Assembly (NCBI GenBank): GCA_951406725.2
Contig: OX597835.1
Span: 47,864,001-47,928,000 of the forward strand
Reading direction: 5' to 3'
From: Octopus vulgaris
Taxonomy: Eukaryota
DNA: 64,000 nucleotides
Shown here: positions 55,359 through 64,000 of the stretch, in pieces
How positions within the stretch are numbered: the first letter of the stretch is position 1
Layout of the letters: each line of letters starts with the position of its first letter
Translations under genes and position numbers: made by a program
The notes under the pieces: generated by a model
Database searches by the model: none
What the model was told of the DNA's origin: nothing
Seen by the model: the letters and a program-made list of their open reading frames with translations, nothing else

Positions 55359-55360
<2 letters not shown>
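54891..55360 (+). mobile_element. Full-length, well-preserved SINE family A
   Basis: A box tggctgtgtgg, B box ggttcagtccc, (TA)n(TG)n linker, (taaaagaa)n tail; inserted in (TA)n. Confidence 0.93.
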
Positions 55361-55399
<39 letters not shown>

Positions 55400-55411
55400 T
55401 ATTTATATATA

Positions 55412-55580
55412 TAGGGAGAGTTCACGAAAAAAACAAAAGACGAAGACAGGTGGTGTACAAAACAAACAGATGTATTAGTATAACGCTCAGGAATAGAAAA
55501 GTCTTTTACGTTTCGAGCCTACGCTCTTCTACAGAAAGGGACACAGAAAAACAAGGAGAGAAACAAGGAGAGGGTAGATG
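55412..55580 (-). mobile_element. Penelope-like terminal repeat fragment with variant hammerhead (55503-55538)
   Basis: Homologous to 5517-5690; cttt-ctgtaga-a-gagc-gtag-gctc-gaaa-cg-ta-aaag. Confidence 0.6.
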
Positions 55581-55749
55581 AAGAGTAGGTAAAGAGTCCA
55601 GTGGAGAAGTTCATGTATGTATGTATGTATGTATGTATGTATATAATACTAGAGTAAGCACAGAAATGTGAAAGAAGATAGAAAAAATAGTACTCGAATA
55701 CCAGAGGTAGAGTAATATGTTTTATTAATAAAGCTGCAACAACATCAGA

Positions 55750-55794
55750 AAAACTGTTACTCAAGTTTCACATTCTCGTTCGTCGGACAGTTTT
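55750..55794 (-). ncRNA. Minimal hammerhead ribozyme, CCGACGA core variant
   Basis: aaaactgt-CCGACGA-acg-agaa-tgt-GAAA-cttgag-TA-acagtttt; perfect 8-bp stem I. Confidence 0.7.
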
Positions 55795-56885
55795 GGTTGT
55801 GAACGGAACAAAATATGGTTATGTGCATAAATACACATCTACGTCGATAGATACACATTTGAAAATGATTTTATTTTTCATTGGTCCTTTCAATTAACGG
55901 TCTTTTTAATAGCCAGGTTTATTAAATTACAATTACGATTTAAAATCATATTATTATAAAAATCGAAGAAAACCTTAAATCAAAAATTAGCTTTTATAGA
56001 AGGAAAAAGACCTGTATAGCCAGGATAAATTAATCAATGGTAAAAATAAATTTAAGGAAATCAAAAAGACATATCCGTTTAAAATAAAAACATTTACAAA
56101 GAGCTAACATCTTAGACATACATATACATTTAGTAATACATACGCATACCAAAATCCTATATATACATATATACACTAAACATACAACCGTTGGTACACA
56201 CCAACATACATATACATACAAATACAGGTAAAACCTAAATATATACAAATCCATATATAGGTATATACGTACTTATATATATATACGCACATAATATTTG
56301 TCCGTGTGTGTTTCAAATATGCAACGTAGTTGTTACAAGCTAGAGAAAGAAAGCGAAATGAAAATCAAGGAATAATAAATGGTGGGAGAAAGAAAATGAA
56401 AGAGAAAAGAAAAAAGAGAGAGGAAGAGAAAATGGATAGATAAATAGATAAATGGGGAGAGAGAGAGAAAGGATTTGGAAGTTGGTGTTCCTAAAAAGTA
56501 TCTAACAAATGTTTGATACTTTAGTAAGCTTGCAAACGCATACATATGGAAACGCACACATATAAAAAGACATGCCTATCTACATAAATACATACATACA
56601 TGCAATAGTAACACACATATAGATACACATACAAATATACAAATAAACATATACGTAGATATATATTCTTTGTGGTTAGATCGTAGGTGATCTTCTTCTA
56701 GCATATTGGATGTCCACTTAGTGGTTATACCTTATTATATGTATATATATATATTATATTAAATTAGAGACAAAACCACTATTAGGCAAATCAAACAATG
56801 AAAAACTTAATCCAATACATAATATTATTTAATTTATATTATTTAAATATATAACAAAATTATTAAAAAAATATAATTAATATCA

Positions 56886-56949
56886 CACTACGATCGTTTC
56901 ATGCCTGCTAACATCTTCAAATTTTTGAGTCGCAGTCATTCATCAGGTG
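56886..56949 (-). ncRNA. Minimal type-I hammerhead ribozyme
   Basis: cac-CTGATGA-atgactgc...gcaggcat-GAAA-cgatcg-TA-gtg; same family as 36868 but with a different stem II sequence. Confidence 0.78.
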
Positions 56950-57013
56950 GTTTAAATATTTAACTTGGCGAGGTTTAAACAATGTATACAATGTTTAAAC
57001 GTGTATACATTAT

Positions 57014-57063
<50 letters not shown>

Positions 57064-58509
57064 ATAATGTATACACGCATACAGATATATCTAAAAAATG
57101 TCTGGTGTACAATAAATCAATATGATATAATTAAATGTAATACAACTATATAAATTTATAAGAAATATATATAAATTTTAAATAATAATTTAAAATTTAA
57201 AATCAGTAAAAATGAGTGAAAATTTAACCTCAGCAAAATTTAAATTTAAATTTCCAAAATAGTCGAAAGCTTTCTTAAAAGTCGAATGTAAAGTGTGGAG
57301 GTGAAATATGTACCCGCGTTGTAATACTAACAGATGTCTAATTATTAGGTGTAAAAGCCAAATTCAAATGTGGAAGTGAAAAAATTATGTCATTTCTTAC
57401 TTTCCCTCCATGACCTCTCAGTCTATTCAGTCCCGTTGCAAGTCTGCGTAGTTTGAAGCATAAGTGACAAACGAAATGTGTCTCTTACTGTGTGCTTCCA
57501 ACTGGTTAGGATTGCACACGTCGCCACTTTTCCAACACCATAGGACTTTCAATGGATACGACGACAAAAGAGACACGTATACATCATTGGTCTATCGTTA
57601 TAAAGGATTGAACAACATGAGTACCACTTTGTGAGTCTTTGTTATTAACATTTACTGACAGACCGAAGAAAACCGGTTAGTAATCACGTGAAGTCGAAAA
57701 CTTTACTTCCGGGTGTCCCTCTCCTAGTAGGATGCCTTTACAACAGTTAGGGGTCCCTTACAGTCGATAGTTTTGTGTCGCATCCTGATACCAACAAAGG
57801 AAGTTCTGCATCCCCGCGCTCATGTGGATTCACATCACACAGGCTAATTAACTCATAGCTGTGAACCTGACAGAACCGGGTCAGAGTAGATCTGGGAACA
57901 AAAGCGGTTAAGAAGTGGTTTCCCACTCCTCAGAACTCTGGAACTCCCGAGTCAGAGCCCCATTACCGGACACAGTTTAAAGTCCTACCCAACCACACAC
58001 ACACACATAACAAATGTTAGATTTAGAAAATGGAATATACCAGGGACTTTATTGCTCACAACGATTCTTGTGAACCATAAAGTTTCTTGTATATTCCATT
58101 TCCGTTTCTATCATTTGCTATGTACTCGACGAACCCTGAGAAATTCATGAGGAAGATCCAGCGACAATTGTGTAAATAATGTGGATGACATTAGGTAGCC
58201 AGAGGCAGTGAGGGTGCTTCACCAGCTAACTATACTAGGTACACACCAAGTGCTTAAATATTTACTTGTTTGTCGTGAAATGCTCGAAATATGGATTAGA
58301 AAAACAGCCGAGAACAGATGAAGGGTCGTTCTTTGTGTTGTTTGTCTTGTTTTCCATTTGTTTCTTTCGTTGCTCGCAAAAAAAGTTCATATTCCATGTC
58401 CTCGTATTTTTTGTTGTTTACGTTTTTTGACGTTCTGTGCTCATATGATGTAATTGATTGATCTTCGCTCATTAAAATTGCTGGCCTTGTCACTAAACCA
58501 GATGCCATT

Positions 58510-58675
58510 ATCAAATATTTCTTCTTTACGTTCTGAGTTCGAATTCCACCGTGGTCGACTTTGCTCTTTATTCTTTCGGTGGTCGACAAAATAAGTCCCA
58601 CTTGAGCACTGGGGTCCACATAATCGACTTTCACCTTCCTCGAAATTGCTGGCCTTGTGCCAAAATTGGAAACCG
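58510..58675 (+). mobile_element. Diverged SINE B copy with the alternative tail
   Basis: ttacgttctgagttcgaattcc...ggtcgactttg...gctggccttgtgccaaaatt. Confidence 0.78.
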
Positions 58676-58928
58676 TTGTTAGATATTTATTCGTAGTTTC
58701 CGTGTTTCATCCCAGCCCTTTACATCAACATTCTGATTTCAAATCTCGTCTTTGATTTCAAAATTTCAGCTTTAATTTTCATACCCGGCGTTGCTCGTCA
58801 GCATCAACGATCAGTTCACCTGTTAGACTCAGCTTAATCTACTATGTGCTTCCTTCCCTCTTAATGTGATATTTCGTCTACTCTAGTAGAAGTTGTAGCA
58901 GCAGCAGCAGCAGCAGCACAAGCAGTGG

Positions 58929-58997
<69 letters not shown>

Positions 58998-58999
<2 letters not shown>

Positions 59000-59584
59000 T
59001 CACAGACATGACAGAGTTGGAACCTACATACATTGGAAGCTATGCCAACATTATGGAATAACAACAGAAAAAAGATGGTATAGGCACACACCAGAAAAGG
59101 TCACAGAAAACGAGAAAGCAACCCCATACTCTGGGATATGCCGATACACACAGATAGAGAAATTAAGGCCAACAGACCAGATATAGTTGTCAGAGATCAT
59201 GAAGAAAAAAATGCTTTCTAATTGATGTATCAATACCGGCAGATGACAACGTGTCTCTAAAAGAAATGGAGAAACTCTCCAAATACAAAGACCTGGAAAT
59301 AGAGGTAACTAGAATGTGGAATCTGAAAACAGAAACAATTCCTATCATAGTAGGTGCATTAGGCATGATAAAAAAATATTCAGACAAATACATAACAAAA
59401 ACACCAGGACTTACAAACACATATAACATACAGAAAATTGCACTACTAGGCACTGCACACATCCTACGCAGAACACTTTCCATACAATAACCATCAGAGC
59501 ATCACAACAAATCACAGCACATACCCAAGGCACACAGAGCTACGCTCGGTAGTGAAGTGAAAGCACGCTATAAAAATAAAACTA

Positions 59585-59587
<3 letters not shown>
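58998..59587 (+). mobile_element. 5'-truncated R4/Dong-type retrotransposon (restriction-like endonuclease) in (TAA)n
   Basis: HRHDRVGTYIHWKLC..ILWDMPIHTDREIKANRPDIVV..FLIDVSIP..KLSKYKDLEIEVTRMW..PIIVGALG; two frameshifts; stop at 59490; (AAT)n on both sides. Confidence 0.92.
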
Positions 59588-59668
<81 letters not shown>

Positions 59669-59674
59669 TATTAT

Positions 59675-60716
<1,042 letters not shown>

Positions 60717-61179
60717 TGTTGTTGTTGTTGTAGTCGCTATGGTGTAATCGCTGATCAGCCCTGATCTGAGGTGAGACCTATGACGAGTGGCCTCCGTCTA
60801 GGATTGCATATTATCGAACGCACACACTGCATTTGTATCTTTTACTCATTTATCTAGTTTTAAGACTGTACAGGTTGATCTTCATTAGTTCTAGACTTTG
60901 TGGTGCAGCAGTTCCATTGGGCCAGCTCGGTTTCAATCTACCGCTATTGGTTAGCGGATCTGCCACTGGCGCAGCTCTGATATGTGCCAGACTTGTTTAT
61001 GTTTACACTGAAATTACCAGCAGAGTCCAGTTAGGTTCATATATTCAGCGATATTTTAACCCATCAGACCTTGGAGTACAGAAGATTGTTAGTGTTAAAA
61101 GTACATGGATTTGTGGTCGGGCAAATAGCAGGTCCCAAGGTTATCATATTACACAAATTCAGCTTCAAATAGACGTATA

Positions 61180-61400
61180 TTACGGGGATGTAAACACACC
61201 AACAACAGTTGTCTTGGCGCGGGAGTGGGAGAAAAATAGACACAAAAATACGACAGGCTTTTATCAGTTTCCGTTCACCGAATCTACTCAGAGGGCTTTG
61301 GTTGGCCGGAAGCTACAGTAGGGACACCTATCGAATGTGACATATAATGGAACTGGATCTGGAACCAGGTATTTGAGAAGCAAAGTTCTTGCCATACACC
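61180..61400 (-). mobile_element. Diverged SINE A copy
   Basis: tacggggatgtaaacacacc...acgacaggcttttatcagtttccgt..ccgaatctactca. Confidence 0.72.
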
Positions 61401-62124
61401 CAAACCTTTTCTATCGGACCATAATGCCCCTTGACTTCCTTTGCGGGTCGAAAAACCAAATAGAGGCATGGCTCTGGTTGCAATAATAGAGGTTGCAGTT
61501 GTTGCTACGGCTGTAGTTTATCAATAAACATAACATTGAAGTATTTAACCAAGTCATATCCGGCTCAAATATTCTACTTGTTTTATGTACAAAGTAGCCA
61601 GATCTGGCCTTTCACACCATCCCTACAATATCCTCCTAAAAATTAATAATTTACTCATCGAAATCTCAAAGCCACAAAATAAGGCAAGATTAATTAAAGA
61701 CATGTGAATAAATGAGACGTTGGACAGAATAATGAGGACAGTAAGGGGTTATTCTTGACATTTTAAAAGCGGCGGGGCCTTGTGGTTACGTTGTTTGGCT
61801 CTTGATCACGAGATCGAGAGTTCGATTCCTTGAATGGGTGGTGCGTTGTGACCGTAAGCACGAAACTCCATTTTACGTTGCTACTTGTTTATTACACTGT
61901 ATACCAGACGGATATAGGGGCTGCCCATTCCCCCTCCAGCTGTTTCATCTTGAATGTTCCATTCGGTCAAGGGTTAAGGGACCCACTGTGCGTTCTTGTC
62001 TTCTCATGGCTTCATAGGCACCCGAAACGGTAAGCAGCATTCCAGCCGTGACAGTCCAGCCATGTTAATTGTATTGAAGACTGTGTTACGGGATACTTGT
62101 ATTCGTAATAGTGGTGATCATAGT

Positions 62125-62221
62125 TTCTTCTTCTTCTTCTTCTTCTTCTTCTTCTTCTTCTTCTTCTTCTTCTTCTTCTTCTTCTCCTCCTCCTTCTTCT
62201 TCTTCTTCTTTTTCTTCTTTT

Positions 62222-62253
<32 letters not shown>

Positions 62254-62435
62254 TTCTTCTTCTTCTTCTTCTTCTCCTCCTCCTTCTTCTTCTTCTTCTT
62301 CTTCTTCACCTCGTTCTTGTTCTTTTGCACGATGTTGTTGTTGTTGTTGTTGTTGTTGTTCTTTCTCCGCCTCCTTCTCGTCTTTTTTATCTCCTTCTCC
62401 CCACCCTCTTCCTCCTTCTTCTTCTTCTTCTTCCG
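62125..62435. repeat. (TTC)n/(TTG)n compound microsatellite
   Basis: Directly visible. Confidence 0.93.
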
Positions 62436-63027
62436 CATCTTCCAGTATGAGGTAGGGCTGTGTGTGACTGTGAAGGTATCGGTCTTGGAGTTTTTATTGT
62501 TGTAGTTGTTTGTGTTGTTGTTGTCGACGACGCTGTCGGAGTTGGTGCGGTCGGTGGTGGTGTTGGTGGCGGGGCGGGGCGGCACGGGACGGAACGGGGA
62601 AAATATTGGACGATAAAGGAAATTGCCTTCTTGACAGAAATCGAAGTCGACTGGAAGAGATCAAGTCAACAAGAATCAAGCAATGGTCAGCCAAGCATGA
62701 AGAATCGCCAGTAACGCTGAAAGTTGATATGATAGCGTTCTCTGGAGACTCTAGCATGGCCATTCCTGTTTGTTGTTGCAGCTTTTCTGACAAAACAACA
62801 CAAAAACATCGGTGGACACCTTGACAAGACAGACTGGACATATTGGGGGAAAATACGCACACATACATACGCATGCGCACGCACACACGTACATACACAC
62901 ACACAGACACACTGCACACTTATACGGACATTCACATAATCATTTATACACACACACACACACACGTACTTGTGAATATAGTTAAATAAATGTATATATA
63001 TATATATATATATATACATATACACAC

Positions 63028-63062
<35 letters not shown>

Positions 63063-63341
63063 TACATACAGATATATATATATATATATATATGCATACA
63101 TATATATATATATGTATACATATAGAAGTGTATGTGTTTGTGGGTGTATATAAGCAAGTATGCATGAAAGTATTGTATATCTATGGATGTATATATGTAT
63201 GCGTGTATGTGTGTGCAAGTGTGTGTGTATGTGTGTATGTGTGTGTGTGTGTGCGCGTGTGCATATGCACTAAATCACAATTATTCAGAAAACAAATACA
63301 CCCATGCACACATATACAAATACTAGCACTTTCATACTCCA

Positions 63342-63403
<62 letters not shown>

Positions 63404-63861
63404 GTGTGTGTGTTGCACAGACTCACTCACACGAACAGTCACACACACACACATTCTGTCTCCAACTCTGAAACATTTATGCACACAGATTCGCTCACAA
63501 ATATTTTCACGCGCTTACATTTACACATACACATTCACAGCCGTCACACACACATTCTCTCTCTCTCTCTCTCTCTCGTTTTTCTTTTTGTTTCTCTCTT
63601 TCTCTCCCCCCCCTCTCTCTCTTCTTATATCTTTCTCGCTAGCGGTGCAGTTTCGATGTAATGGAGATCGAGAAACTGTGAACTGGGAAGGAGAGAGAAT
63701 ATAAGGAAAGAAAGAAAGAAAGAAAAAAAGAAAATCAGGAAGAAAGAACGGAGAGGAAGAGGAAGAAAGGAAAATTAAGCGAAGACGGAATAAGGAAGAG
63801 AGAATTCGGAGAAGGTAAAGAAAGTATGAGAGAGATTTTCAGAAGGCTGCAGTGAATAACG

Positions 63862-63907
<46 letters not shown>

Positions 63908-64000
63908 CCGCTCAGTCGAAGTCGACTCTCGGTCACTCGTTGGATCAGTGTCCTCCAGTCAGTTTTATCCTGGGCCGCTTCTTTCAGATTGGCTATGTCC

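Noticed and set aside
60833-61321. 162-aa ORF
   Set aside because: No recognisable domain, non-ATG start, and its 3' third is an antisense SINE A copy.
61545-61752. piggyBac-like MITE
   Set aside because: Only one plausible terminus (aaggggtta) and no second copy in the window to support it.

Overview
Eukaryotic, AT-rich, extremely repeat-dense non-coding DNA. The SINE families and microsatellite load look like a coleoid cephalopod, probably Octopus (recognition, not a database result). No intact protein-coding gene is supported; almost all listed ORFs are translations of di-, tri- and tetranucleotide microsatellites. The window holds at least four tRNA-derived SINE families (called A-D here), three R4/Dong-type restriction-like-endonuclease retrotransposon fragments (two sitting inside (TAA)n tracts), an RTE-type LINE 3' end with a 13-bp TSD, L1/Tx1-like 3' ends, a truncated mariner, a Tigger-like MITE, a tRNA-Trp half-gene and several minisatellites. 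The most notable signal is a set of seven minimal type-I hammerhead ribozyme motifs from about five unrelated repeat families. Four have canonical cores and three are variants, and an eighth, mutated copy lies in a palindrome arm. Most abut (TA)n tracts, and two loci are long fold-back (inverted-repeat) elements, as expected for Penelope-like-element terminal repeats or retrozyme-like elements. A possible orphan exon encoding a 14-aa repeat with many synonymous differences lies at about 45.9-46.1 kb.
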